The notes below the pieces were generated by a model. That model saw only the letters and a program-made list of their open reading frames with translations, was not told the origin of the DNA and did no database searches. A DNA stretch of 64,000 nucleotides from Eledone cirrhosa (lineage: Eukaryota): the NCBI GenBank assembly GCA_964016885.1, contig OZ024741.1:50592001-50656000 (forward strand), read 5' to 3'. This document shows, piece by piece, positions 11,303 through 23,475 of the stretch. The first letter of the stretch is position 1, and the number at the start of each line of letters is the position of its first letter. The position numbers were made by a program, and so were the translations under genes.

Positions 11303-13259
11303 CATACCCACGTTTGAATAAAGCGGTTTAATATCTGATGTGCCCCCCCCCCCCACTGGTTTTTTTTTCTTTATGTTTTGTATATGTGGGTGAAGGGACG
11401 TGACTGGCACATTGTTAAGGGCCTAAAAGGGGATTAATCGTTGAAATATTTTTCGTTACTTTCGTATTTATGACTAGAATATTGTAGAAAGTTTTAAATT
11501 TTACATGTTCTTGTTAGTAGCTCATATTCCTCATCCGTAATGTTTTTAACGGTGGCCTAAAGCCGTATATTTGTAGAAGCAAGTGGTGGTGTTTACCTAT
11601 GACTTTGTATGTTTTATCGTGTACCCGGAAGTGACAATTTGAAATTGAGGCGTATCTAGTACTTGTTTTGTCTTGTGTTATTTCTCTATTTCGATTATAA
11701 TGATTTGGAACTTATTAATAGAAGGTGACAGATTTAAGGGGCAGAGTGTCTTGGTCGTTGAATGCAATCATGTATATGACTGGTATATATTGGTAACAAT
11801 TTCTAAGTGATTGAAAGATGAAGTTGATTAGTAATATTAATAGAAAGAGATGTTTTCTTGTCCGAGGCGCTGTATTAGAAGGGTGCGGTGGGTGTGATAA
11901 GTGTTTACTTACGTCTCGAATTGAGTCATATTCTTATTGCGGAATACTACGAAAGCGCGAGTGTTGTGTAGTTTCACTTTAGTCTTTATAATAATAACGA
12001 ATGCAAACGAAATATATTCAGTCTTCTCACATACTAAAACTAAACGTATCAGCAGTGAAAGACTAGCTTATATTATTCATACATTATATATCTATGTACT
12101 AATCATAATTTAGATTGAAAACACAGGCAAAGGTTCTTAAATAAAAAATAATAATTTAGCTAATAAAAGAAAACACCGAAGTGATTATCTAAAATTTAGT
12201 ACATGACCATTACTGGTATTGGGGAACATTATGCAAAAGCGAAGAAGAATATAATACTTAAACTTTCAATAATCACCATTTAACGCCTATTTTCACTGCT
12301 AGCAAGGATTGGATGGGTCTTTAGTCAATACTGAAGTGGGGCTACCAACCCTCCCAGATAGGCTGGAGGTTCGCATCTTGCTTATATACGGTTTCATGTT
12401 CTACCAAGTGCGTTTATCGTGGCACCATTAGGGAAGTTGTCATGTCCATGACACAAGTGAAGGATCTCTCAACCTTTTGTTTGGCAAGATTTCTATGGTT
12501 GGATGCCTTTCCTATCACCAACCATTTTACTGTGTGTGCTTATTGTGTAGATCACCCACACCAGAGGTTGTTTTGCCACGACACAATTGAGGGGTCCTCA
12601 AGTCTTTTAGGCATGGTGCTCATCCTATTGCCAACCACCTTTAGCGTGTACCATGTTCCTGGCACTATCACTAGAGAGGTCATAACTTCCTCCTCCTATG
12701 CTTTGCATAGGAGGAGGGAGTTACGTACGAACTTATGGGTCTATGGTGATTTGACAGGGTGATGAGTAAGGGGAAGGGATGGCTGATAGTAAATAGGGAA
12801 AGATGTGTGGATCTTGTCAATAGTGTGCAGTGGGGGTTGATGTAGTGAAGAAATAGCTAAAGGATGGTAGTGGGGTAGAGGGTATCTGACTTGGGAAGGG
12901 AGAATAGCTTAGGTGTGGCACTGGAGGGTACAGTAGGTGGGAGCAGAGTTGTGGCAGGGTCATCAGCAAAGCATAGAACCTGCCCTCACAGTCTTTTGAC
13001 CAAGTCTTGTGTCTGCTTCTTCTGCAGGTCCCAGCCACTGGGATTTCTACATTTCTTTATGCAGCTGCTATTTTCCATACACATCACATGTCCATATCAA
13101 CGCAGTATTGTTTTGCACGCTACATCCAATTCCTCTTATATAGAGAAATTGAAAAAATATCAATTATGACATTGTCTGTTCATTCATATAAATCTAAGAA
13201 TTTGAAAGTTAATTCACTTCTAGTATTTTCTAAAATAAGTTTTCAGATTTGATCTGAAA

Positions 13260-14410
13260 ACTGACACATGGTACAGTTCATACAGACTGAAAGTTCATTC
13301 CAGAGAGCTGGAGCTGATTTACAGAAAACCACAGCTCATTTTCACATTTGATATTATGAGAAATCCATTGCCTCAAAATTTTTGAATCCTTTTAACACAT
13401 TGTTGAATCCTTTTTACAATGCAGTTCACCAATGCATTGAGGAACAAGTCCGTGTACAGCTTTGTTTGAATGTCTGCAGTAATATTTAAAATGTTATTCA
13501 AATCTTTACAGCATTGAAGTCATGAACTAATGTTTCAGTTGCCTTCTGATTTAGTATGGTGCTCAACATGTTGAGATGCCTGTACATTCTCATGTCTTTA
13601 TAAAAAAAATCACCTTATGTTCCTAGTTTCATTAGTGACATGCACCACAGTTACCAATGTGTAAAGATGGCATATTTATTTTAATTCTCTCTGGCTTCCT
13701 TCCTATAAGCAGAAATTCAGCCTTATAATTCAACTTCAGGTTCCATTCACAAATCTCAGATACACATGCAGTAGTTTTATCAATTGCCCCTTGTGTCACC
13801 TTGCTCTGGCCTAAATAAGTACAATTTTGTTTCATCATAAAGATTGTATAATAGATTATGCTTCTGAATAATGTTGCCAATGGGGCCAGTATACATTGTG
13901 AAAAGAATTGGTTCAAGAACTGATCTTTGCTGCATATTACAATCAATATACTGGTTTTCTGACTTTTCAAATGACTATCTGCTGTCTATATAGGACTTCA
14001 ACTATTTGAGTATGATGTCTGTTCTAAAGCATTTCTGCAAACTGTTGAGTAAAATTTTGTAGTCAGGTGGCAAATGCTGCTGGCTGAAAGGATATCTCTA
14101 TTGTTTATTGCTTTTAAAATATAGACAAACTAATGCCACCTTTTATGTAGATCAAAATGCATCAGAGATTATCTTCAGATTTGACTATATTATAAACTAA
14201 TTTCATGAAAGATTAAATACAGGGCAAATTTTTGAATACAAAGTCCAGTGTGATCTTTTTCAGGAGTGGAGTTACTTGACTAACTTTTAATGTCAAACAT
14301 TACCTGTGTCCAGGGAATGATTGATAAAATGTTGATAATCAGAGATAGTTTATCATTAAGTATACATGTTGGTATTGAATCAAACCTACATGATTTGGAT
14401 CTTCATTTAT
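13260..14410 (-). mobile_element. Old CR1/L2-like LINE RT remnant
   Basis: Minus-strand ORF 13632-13970 includes CILAPLATLFRS and WNLKLNYKAEFLLIG (LKLN..KTE motif); heavily decayed. Confidence 0.55.
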
Positions 14411-14492
14411 GGTGACTTTCTGAATTGATTTGGTTGGTGCCTGTTTGTTTTTGTTGTTGATTAAACTGTGGATAATGTTTTTTTTTTTTTAA

Positions 14493-14891
14493 CCTATTAG
14501 TTACCAAACCAGCCAAAACTGGCTCTGGTTCTATGAAATAAAAAAAAAATCACCCATTTTAAAAGTTTCCAATTAAAACGAGCCATATCTGGCCAGATTT
14601 CTCTCACCCATTTCTGTCCTAACTGGCCCCTCATACCTATGTTAAGGTATTGTTTTCAAAATAAATATCAAAATCTCATAGATTCAATATTATGTGAGAT
14701 ATGAGTATGAGTACCTTTACTGCAAAACTACAAAAGTAAATATAGAGTAATGTGAATGCTAAAGGGTTAAATTAAAACCTTACATTAAGTAGCTATCTTA
14801 GTAATGAAATAATTAATAATTTTAGTAAATCTCTCAAAATTCTTCATTAATTAAAATAGTGTATTTCATTAGGAATACAGTCATGAAAGGG
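14493..14891. mobile_element. piggyBac-type MITE(s), probably nested
   Basis: Starts TTAA|CCTATTAG. Two right ends AAAGGG|TTAA at 14766 and 14891. Internal part is similar to 1-144 and 36048-36397. Confidence 0.6.
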
Positions 14892-14983
14892 TTAAATTAA
14901 CAATTCTGAGGAGTCTGCAAGATATTTTGAGTTGTGATGGGTGTAGAGACGTCTTCAGTTCATGTGACCATTGTATTTTTCAT

Positions 14984-15370
14984 GGAGGCACATGACTTAG
15001 TGGTTAGAGCATTGGCCTTGCAATCGAAAGGTTGTGAGTTCAATTCTCAGACCGGGTGATGTGTTGTTTCCTTGAGCAAGACACTTTATTTCACATTGCT
15101 CCAGTTTACTCAGCTGTAGAAATGAGATGATAGGGACTGGGGTCCATATCATTCCACTGCAAAGTGGTCGTGGAGGTGCCACGGCAAAAAAGCACCCAGC
15201 CCACACTGTAAAGTGGACGTATAGGCGCCACTGAAAAAAAGCACCCAGCACTCACTGTAAATGAGGTTGGTGTTAGGAAGGGCATCCAGCTGTAGAAATC
15301 AAGCCAGAATCAGTTCCCGTCCCACCCTTGCAAGCAGGGAAAAGCCGACGTAAAATGAAATGATGATGAT
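14984..15370 (+). mobile_element. tRNA-derived SINE, full length
   Basis: A box TGACTTAGTGG, B box GAGTTCAATTC, conserved core, tail GGTGTTAGGAAGGGCATCCAGCTGTAGAAA...ATGATGATGAT. Confidence 0.85.
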
Positions 15371-17019
15371 TTACCATATTAGAATACTGCGTTTTTTATC
15401 TCTATTTTTATCACTACTTTTTTGTTCTATGCCATTGTTTCATCTTCTGATGTGTGGACTTTGCCTTTACCAGTGTATGCTTATCTCCTATTTCTTTTAT
15501 ATCATATTCATCAATGATACAGTTATCTGATTCAATATTCCAAGTGATCTTTTTGAAGAACACTTCCCTCAAATTGGTTGATTTTGTTCTTGCCAAAAAC
15601 TTTTTACCAGTGTTAAAATAATGTTGGAAGAAAACTGCAAAATGAAAAACCACATATGGGTGCAGCATATGTAAAGTAAGCACTAAAAAATAGATTCTCT
15701 CATTTGTGAGAGAGGTTCCTGAGAAATTGACAGCTTTTGTTACTTAGATGACCTAATCAGCAGTGAAGGAAGATGCCCTGTAAGCATAGTATCCAAATTT
15801 AGAGGGCTAGTATGTTTGCTGACAACTAAAGGCTTCTCTTTTAAAGTGAAAGGTAGAACTGTATGATTCCTGCATATGAACTGCAATGCTTATATGGCAG
15901 TGAAACTCTAACCCAGGAAAGTTAGAAAGGATGTGCAATGTTAGTATGCATGAATGATGTAGCATAAGTGAGCTGTGAGGAAATGATGTAGTGTACAAAA
16001 GAGATACTGCACTGGTATAACCATGTGATGGTTATGTAAGATGACAGTTGTATAAAGAAGTGCAGAAGTGCAATGGTTCGGGCTCATAGGATGAGGTGAT
16101 AAAGCTGACTTTAAGAAGGTGAGCCTTACACAAGATGACTGTCACTAGGATTGGCAACATGCTGTACTGGTGAATACCTACCTACAAGCAAAAAATGTGA
16201 CCTGGCCCATTTGAATGCGCCCCGCCCCGCCCCTCATCACTCCTTAGTTATTCTCACCCTCATTGCACCTCTCTATTCATAACCCTCTCTTGGCAGTAAA
16301 TGTCACTATCATAGCACTGCCACCCCTTTAAAATTCTAATAGTTTATCCAAGATCTAAACCCTGACATGCCAGTCATAACCCCTTAGTTGTTATTAGCAT
16401 AATATTCCTCCACACTATTGGAGGCCATCCTTACCTGTCCTACACATCACCTAGTCAAATCCCTCTACCCACCATACTTAGCATACACTCATGACATACA
16501 TTCACCTCTCCCACCTGTAGGATAGAGGGGGGGGTCTTAGTGCTGGTGTCATGAAAAATGCACCCATTACACCCTGTAAAATGGTTGGCTATAGGACTCG
16601 TTAGTTGTGTCGAGGGCACTTCTCTAGTGTTGGTGATCTACACCGAAAATGTACCTAATACACTCTGTAAAGTGATTGGTAATAAGGAAGGGCATTCAAC
16701 CATAGAAAAGCAGCCGAATAAAAGGTTAGGAAGACTCTTCAGCTATGTGAAAGACATGACAGCCCCCTTTGTGTTGGTCTCGTGTTAGAATGTATTTGCA
16801 AAAATCTATGTAAGCAAGATGTGGGCCCCATAAAAATAGGAAAACTCCCAATGGCTGCCAGTTAGTTGAAGCAAATTTCCAATGTATTTTACTTGGTTTA
16901 TGCAAAACAAGACTTTTAGACTTTTTTTTCCATGATTTAATTTGTGTAGTTTCAATTTTTTTAAAATTTAAAATGTACTTAATCATTTAAAAAACTTCAT
17001 TCAACTGGGATTTTAATGT

Positions 17020-17230
17020 ACCTGTAAGGTAAAGAGAGCATCAGACACCATGTTTTGTGACATTGAGTTACGGCCTTTTAGATTCTGAGTTCAAATCCCG
17101 CCGAGGTTAGCTTTGCCTTTCACCTTTACGAGGTTGATAAAATAAAGTACAAGTAATGCACTTAGATCGATTTAAACCCCCCCCCCCCCCCCAGGTTGTT
17201 GGTCTTGTGCCTAAATCAGAAATCATTATT
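17020..17230 (+). mobile_element. Second SINE family copy
   Basis: GAGTTCAAATCCCGCCGAGGTTAGCTTTGCCTTTCA...GATAAAATAAAGTAC. Further copies at about 28690(-), 36585(-), 38293, 40507, 45785, 55762(-) and 58690. Confidence 0.8.
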
Positions 17231-18765
17231 AATGAATCATATCAAAATTGTTTAATGGATGTTAAATGATAGATGAAATGTTTTTAAAAAAAAATCATAG
17301 GATTTGTTTAAGAAAAAGCAAAAAAAATGTGCAGGTAGTAAAGTGGGTGATATAATAATGAAACATGGCACTTTGATACTGCCTTTGTATTGTCAGGTGT
17401 ATAGTAAGGTGTAGATACAACCTAATTTTTTATTACCTGTAAAACATCATTGTTTAATGTCCATTTTCCATGCTAGCATTAATGTCACAACTTCCATTTT
17501 TGCTTCTGTTAATGAAGTCAACACATCAGTTATTGAAGTGATTTACATCATACAATACTGTATACATATTAATTGGGTTATAATAGTGAAATTTATTGTG
17601 CCAAACATTCATTTCATGGGTTGGTTAGTAAGGATGCTTTTTCAATATATGTACAAGTTATGTACCAACACCAAGAATTTTTAAGTAACAACAGCTATTG
17701 TAGTGTGTGCTGCCTCCTGATCTTTTCATTTTTTTGGAGCATTCTATTTTCTTTTTAAAGACAGTAGGGTGGCTTGCTATTTCACAGAGATTGGGTGCCT
17801 ATGTAGAGGTTCCTTTGTTGGCATTATTGTATAAGTATTTAGAGCAGAGTTGTTAAATTAAATTTACGAAGCCAAACATTTAGATAAGGGTCTGGTGAGT
17901 AATAGTTATGAATTTCGGCTTGCATCCTACTTTCGGCTTTTTTGTTTTGGCTGAAATGAAAATATTGTCTTGATTACAGCATTACTAATTGGTGTTAATA
18001 AAGATGTAAGGGCAAAGGTGATAGTTCCTGAATTGATTGCCTATCTTACCATCCTAAAACAAAAAGAATCCATGATAAAAGATGGTTAAAATGCTTTTGA
18101 TTATGTCTGCTCATTTAAGATTGATCTGAGATTCAACCATCAACCAGTATACCATATACAAATATACTAGTGCATGTATGTTGTTAGTTACATTTTACAT
18201 TCAACATGATGGGATTTATGTGTGTTTATAGGATTCTTCTTATGGCTTAGCCAGAGATCTGTGTCCTTTTCACATGATTGCTTACACTGCTATCAGAAGC
18301 ACTTGTTTTTTTATGCTATATGGCTAGTTTATAATTTAAGTAGGAGAAAGCAAACTGATATACTACAACCATGCAAGTTGAAAAAAATTAAGAAAAAGAC
18401 AATCTATTGTAAGGTCAGCCAAGTGAAAACAAAAGCCAAAGTTCAAGAAATTTGTTTGTTTTGGCAATCATGACCCTGAGAAACAGTTCCCTTGATGGTT
18501 TTCTACAGGTTTATATAATTTGTAATAAATCAATGAAGAACTTATTTTGAAGGATTTACTAAAATTATTTCATTACAAAGTAACTTAACCTGGCTCTTGT
18601 ATAAAATAATTGAAAGATATTTATTTCAATAGGAACTGTTTAAAATGAGTGGTTTTGTTTCATGGAACCAGCTTTTATCATTTTAATGTAATCTAAAAAA
18701 TGTTAATAGTTTTGATTTCATATATCAATGTACTTGTGTTAGTCATATATATGATTGTATTTCAG

Positions 18766-18876
18766 CAACCCTCCTGTGACATGGGCTCAGCGAAAAGACA
18801 AAGTGTTTCTCACAATACAAGTTGAAGATTGTGTTGATGCTGTTTTAGATTTCCAAGACACCTACTTGAGTTTCAA
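18766..18876 (+). CDS. PTGES3: p23/PTGES3 exon 2 (NPPVTWAQRKDKVFLTIQVEDCVDAVLDFQDTYLSFK)
   Basis: TTTCAG acceptor, GTAAGT donor. P.V.WAQR start of the CS/p23 domain. Confidence 0.95.
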
Positions 18877-19035
18877 GTAAGTATAATTTTTTATTAAGAC
18901 AATATCTTATTTATCTAATTAATTTTTAGTGTCAATTTCAGTGCTTCTCAGTTATATAAGCCTTTGAAAATATGATACTGCTATCCTATGTTTATATCTA
19001 TTTTAAATTGTGCTTAACATAAATTTGTATTTCAG

Positions 19036-19105
19036 AGGAACAGGGGGCCCCAAAAAAGAGAATTTTGCTGTCAATGTCAAATTCTATGGTGAAGTTATTC
19101 CACAG
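19036..19105 (+). CDS. PTGES3: p23/PTGES3 exon 3 (GTGGPKKENFAVNVKFYGEVIPQ)
   Basis: TTTCAG acceptor, GTGAGT donor, phase consistent. Confidence 0.93.
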
Positions 19106-19525
19106 GTGAGTCTCTTAGAGTTTTTGCTGTCCTTATCCTTCCAAATCTTCTGTATGAAACTATCTATTTCAGACATGTCTGTACTTGCTCCTGAATGCTC
19201 ATATCCTGTTATGAAATACTTTGTGTGTTCCCTTATAAATATGTTTAAGGTTCATTTCAGTCTCATCAACATAGTTGTTCTTCAACTCTGATATCTATTA
19301 AATAATTAATATATTGATTTCTTTTGTATTATATAGATTATTTAAACAGGTTTTTTTTTTCCATGTCCTTTTATTGAATTGAAGCTATTCTACATGTTAA
19401 TCTCATAGGCAGGCTCTTCTGTTTATTGAACAACTAGAAGACCTAAACTTGTTGAGGAAGTTCTTTCCATTCCCAATTGTTTGTCATAAAAGGGTTTCTA
19501 AAATGTTGATCTGTTATGTTTTTAG

Positions 19526-19621
19526 CAAAGCCAGAAACAGCTTGGAGCAAGAGAGCTGCATTTTGCAATAAAGAAGAAGGCTGAAGCCTGGTGGCCTAGA
19601 TTGTTAAAGCAAGAAGAAAGG
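19526..19621 (+). CDS. PTGES3: p23/PTGES3 exon 4 (QSQKQLGARELHFAIKKKAEAWWPRLLKQEER)
   Basis: TTTTAG acceptor, GT donor. Contains the p23 signature WPRL.K. Confidence 0.95.
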
Positions 19622-19719
19622 GTGTGTTTTTCATTACCAGATTGTAATATGATTCAACTGGTTTCATTTTCTTATTTGACCTTCTTTGATAGTTCTGTTG
19701 TGTATTGACCTTTTGTTAC

Positions 19720-20520
19720 TTGATGTCTAGTTATGTTACAGCGGTGTGGCATGTCTAGTCATGTGACTGCTGTGTGGCACATCTAGTCATGTTACAGCCA
19801 TGTGGCACATCTAGTTGCGTTACAGCTGTGGGGTACATTTAGTCACGTTACTGCTGTGTGGCATGTCTAGTCATGTGACTTGTGTAGCATGTCTTGTCAC
19901 GTTACTGCTGTGTGACATGTCGTGTCACGTTACTGCTGTGTGACATGTGTCACGTTACTGCTGTGTGACATGTGTCACGTTACTGCTATGTGACATGTCG
20001 CGTCACGTTACAGCTGTGTGGCATGTCATGTCATGTTACAGCTGTGTGACATGTCTAGTTTGTTACAGTTGTGACATGTTTCAGTTACGTTACAGTTGTG
20101 TGGCACATCAAGTCATGTATGTTACAGTTGTCTAGTCACATTATTTGCGTGACATGTCTAGTCACGTTATAGTTGCGTGACACACATAATCACTTCACAG
20201 CTATGTGGCATATTAATGTATGATGTCACAGCTATAGCATGCTAATGACCAATCATGTCAGTCATGACACCCCATCACCCAATCATGCTACAGTCATGTG
20301 ACACCCCATCACCCAATCATGCTACAGACATGTGACACCCCCATCACCCAATCATGCTGCAGTTGTGTTACACTCTAACCCCCAGTCGTGTGACACTCCA
20401 ACCCCCCAATCATGCTATAGTTGTGACAGTATCTGATTGTTATACTTGATGTAACACTGTCAGACACTAATAAATGTTTAATTAATCATGTGACACTAAT
20501 AAATGTTTTAGTCATGTGGC
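19720..20520. repeat. Degenerate ~29-bp and ~33-bp minisatellites filling p23 intron 4
   Basis: TGTGGCATGTCTAGTCATGTTACAGC-like units, then CATGTGACACCCCATCACCCAATCATGCTACAG-like units. Confidence 0.8.
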
Positions 20521-20540
20521 ACATTTTGATATATTTTCAG

Positions 20541-20627
20541 GTTCATTACTTGAAAACAGATTTTAACAGGTGGAAAGATGAGGATGATTCTGACAGAGAA
20601 GAATATGATGACAACAGCATGAAAGAT
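20541..20627 (+). CDS. PTGES3: p23/PTGES3 exon 5 (VHYLKTDFNRWKDEDDSDREEYDDNSMKD)
   Basis: TTTCAG acceptor, GTAAGT donor. Signature L..DF..WKDEDD. Confidence 0.96.
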
Positions 20628-20885
20628 GTAAGTAACTGTACAATATGACTATATAGATATGATGTGACTATACACGTAGCACTGTTGTGGCTGTATATAT
20701 ACATGTAGTGTTGGTGTGGATGTATACATACATGTGTTGTTGTGACTATATGGGAACATGTAAGCGAAATGTGGGCTCCCTGCTCATCTGAGTAATGACT
20801 TGATCTTTGACGACCTGTCTGACCCTTGTTAGCAAGAAAATGGACATTAAATGATGATATATGCATGCATACATCTGTGTATGTA

Positions 20886-21069
20886 CTGGGGTGCTGAAAA
20901 GTTCCTGGCTTTGGGTAAAAGGAAATAGAGGATGATCAGTTAATTATGATTTTATTCAACATTCCTCAATGATTCCACACTTATTGCAGCGGTCCTACCT
21001 CCATGGTAAAGGTAACAGCTCTACTGTTTTGCTATAACTCTTAAAGCTAGGAACTTTTCAGCATCCTGG
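20886..21069. mobile_element. Tc1/mariner MITE
   Basis: TA|CTGGGGTGCTGAAAAGTTCC ... GGAACTTTTCAGCATCCTGG|TA. Second copy at 34927-35118. Confidence 0.8.
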
Positions 21070-21266
21070 TAGATAGTGTGTGTACATTAAGTGTTGTAAT
21101 CTTCATATTGAAACAATTTGTAAAGCCTGCAGTGACACTGTCCCTCATATACAATATATTTATACCTAACAGAAATAGTTCATGATTTGATCAAACGTGT
21201 AAATGTGTGAAAAAAAAAAACTACATTGCCTTTGGTGTTTCATTTTATTTTTTACTCTGTTTATAG

Positions 21267-21311
21267 ATAATGGATAAATTGGGGTCTGTTGGTGACGGTG
21301 AAGGTGATGAA
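21267..21311 (+). CDS. PTGES3: p23/PTGES3 exon 6 (IMDKLGSVGDGEGDE)
   Basis: Polypyrimidine tract plus TAG acceptor, GTAAGT donor. Acidic M/G-rich tail typical of p23. Confidence 0.88.
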
Positions 21312-21487
21312 GTAAGTTATCTTTTCATCTCATCCCATATCTCTCTATTTTCTCTTCTTTCATTTTCCCCCTCACCTCTTATCATCCTCCTTCCATATCT
21401 CTATTATTATTATTATTCCCCCTTCACTTTGACATTTTTTGTCTATTCTAAACGTTTTCTCACTATAAATATTTTATTTCTTTCCAG

Positions 21488-21512
21488 AGTGAGGAAAATA
21501 GTGATGATGATT
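21488..21512 (+). CDS. PTGES3: p23/PTGES3 exon 7, 25-nt micro-exon (SEENSDDD)
   Basis: TTTCCAG acceptor, GTAAGT donor, phase 1 matches exon 8. Confidence 0.85.
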
Positions 21513-22612
21513 GTAAGTAATTTTTTTTTTCTTTCTTGTGTTCTGGTCCTTTTTGCTGTGGTTTTGATTGCCATTTTAAAATCAACAGATCCTGTACCAG
21601 TCTACAACAATTAAAACTAATACTAATTATACACACACACGCTATCATTTCCCATCTGCTTTCGATGTTAGCATGACCAGGTTTCTAAGCTGCGTGACCT
21701 TTCTAATGCCAGCCACCTTACGAAATGCTTTTTATCTTAGCACTAGCAAGGTTGTCATCTCCTTGGTAATAAGTCCTTTGTACCTCCAATCTCTCAATAC
21801 ATATACTTTTAGCTTTGTAGTTCAAGTACTGGTCCTTTCTAGTTTGGCAAGTTGCCAGTCAGCTCAATCCTGTGTCATTTCCTTTGTGAGGTTTAGTATC
21901 TGGCAATTTCACAACTTTAATGCCATTTCAATGAAGCATTTCATATTTTTTATACAACTCTCACTCTCCTTACATACCACACATCCATACCAGTGCAATT
22001 ATTATTCTTGCACACTATATCTGATTCATCTTATATTCAGCCTTTCTCTTAGCTCACTTGTGCTCTGCATTGACACACATAATATGTACACTAGCATTAC
22101 ACATCCAGCAGTTGTTGCAAATCTTCACTCATGATCCATTTTTCACTGCCATGTAGTATAGCAGTTAGAACATGAGCATGATTTAATCTGCCTTTCACTC
22201 TGAGAGATAAGCTCTTTGTAGCCAGCAATGACTCTATTCTCATTCTGGCTACTACACCTTTGGTACATCCACCTCTACTGTTATGAAGTCACCTAGATAG
22301 CAAAAGCTATCTACTACTTCTAGTGAGCCTTCTCCTTAATCGCATTAGTTACAATGCTGCCGTCAACTTGGGTGGTTGGTCTCTAGTTGAGGAGTTTACT
22401 TGGTACACCCTCACTCCCTTGTTCTCCTCGTTGATCAACCTTTCGTAGCACTTCCATGCATCCTTTTTGGCATTGGTGTTGCTACCATTTTCTACACATT
22501 TCTCACCCATGTCTTGATTCTCTCTAGTACAATGTCTTGCAATTTGGAATACCTTGTGCTCCTCATCCCCATGACATTGATAACCCTCTTATTTTCTGTC
22601 TTCCTTGTTGAG

Positions 22613-23136
22613 CATATCGATTAGTCTCTTCTGCCACAACTTCGAAGAAAGTTTGTGGCAAAAACAAAAAGAAATAATCCAGTGCTTTAGCATCGGGAGC
22701 TAATGTGTGTTGTGGACCAGTATTTTGAATAAAATGGGGAACATATATTGGTGTGGTATTTTTCAACCACGTTGCTGTAATATTTTCAATGGCGTCCTGG
22801 AGATCTCCTTCGTTTTCACTTTCAAAACAATCATCGTCGGATGAAATTTCAGAAATATAAACATAGATTCATTTGAAGATAAATCACTAATATTATCGTT
22901 TGTTTCTTGTTTATTCTGAATGTCGTCGTGTGTAAAACCTTCAAAGTTGGTATCGCTACATTCATAAGCCATGAAAGTTAAAAAAACACTTGTTATTTTA
23001 AGTTGTTTCACTATATTAAGTGTTCATTTTTGCGGTAAGAGCCTAATCTCGCAGTAATCTCGAATTGACGAGATTTTGATGGTTTTATTTTTAGAACGAT
23101 TTTTTTACGATTTCGGGCGGTTTGAACACTAAAGGG
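22613..23136 (-). mobile_element. piggyBac 5' end fragment (TIR plus transposase N-terminus)
   Basis: Minus strand begins TTAA|CCCTTTAGTGTTCAAACCGCCCG. Encodes MAYECSDTNFEGF...ETNRYAQQ, a diverged duplicate of 25130-25492. Confidence 0.85.
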
Positions 23137-23140
23137 TTAA

Positions 23141-23437
23141 GTCAAATAGTGAACATTTTTTGTGATAGTTTTTTTTTAACATGACCATACAAAAGTTGCT
23201 CTAAGTTTATGAATTATTAAAATAAAGGCATGACATTTTGAGAGAAGATTCCAAACTGAATTTTCTAAAGGATATTGCAAAGAGTTGCATTCGCATTAAT
23301 TTTCAAATGTCATGCTTCTCTGTTCGCATTTATTTTGAGTTAATCATACTCAAGAGGGTTATCAATTTCATTTGTTTGTAATTTCCTTAATTTTCTATGT
23401 TAAAATATCAATAATTTACAATTGTATAACTTTTACC

Positions 23438-23475
<38 letters not shown>

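Noticed and set aside
14984-15060. tRNA gene
   Set aside because: A and B boxes are present, but there is no full cloverleaf and the sequence continues into a SINE body.
21270-21614. 114-aa ORF with hydrophobic stretches
   Set aside because: Read-through of p23 exon 6 into a pyrimidine-rich intron.
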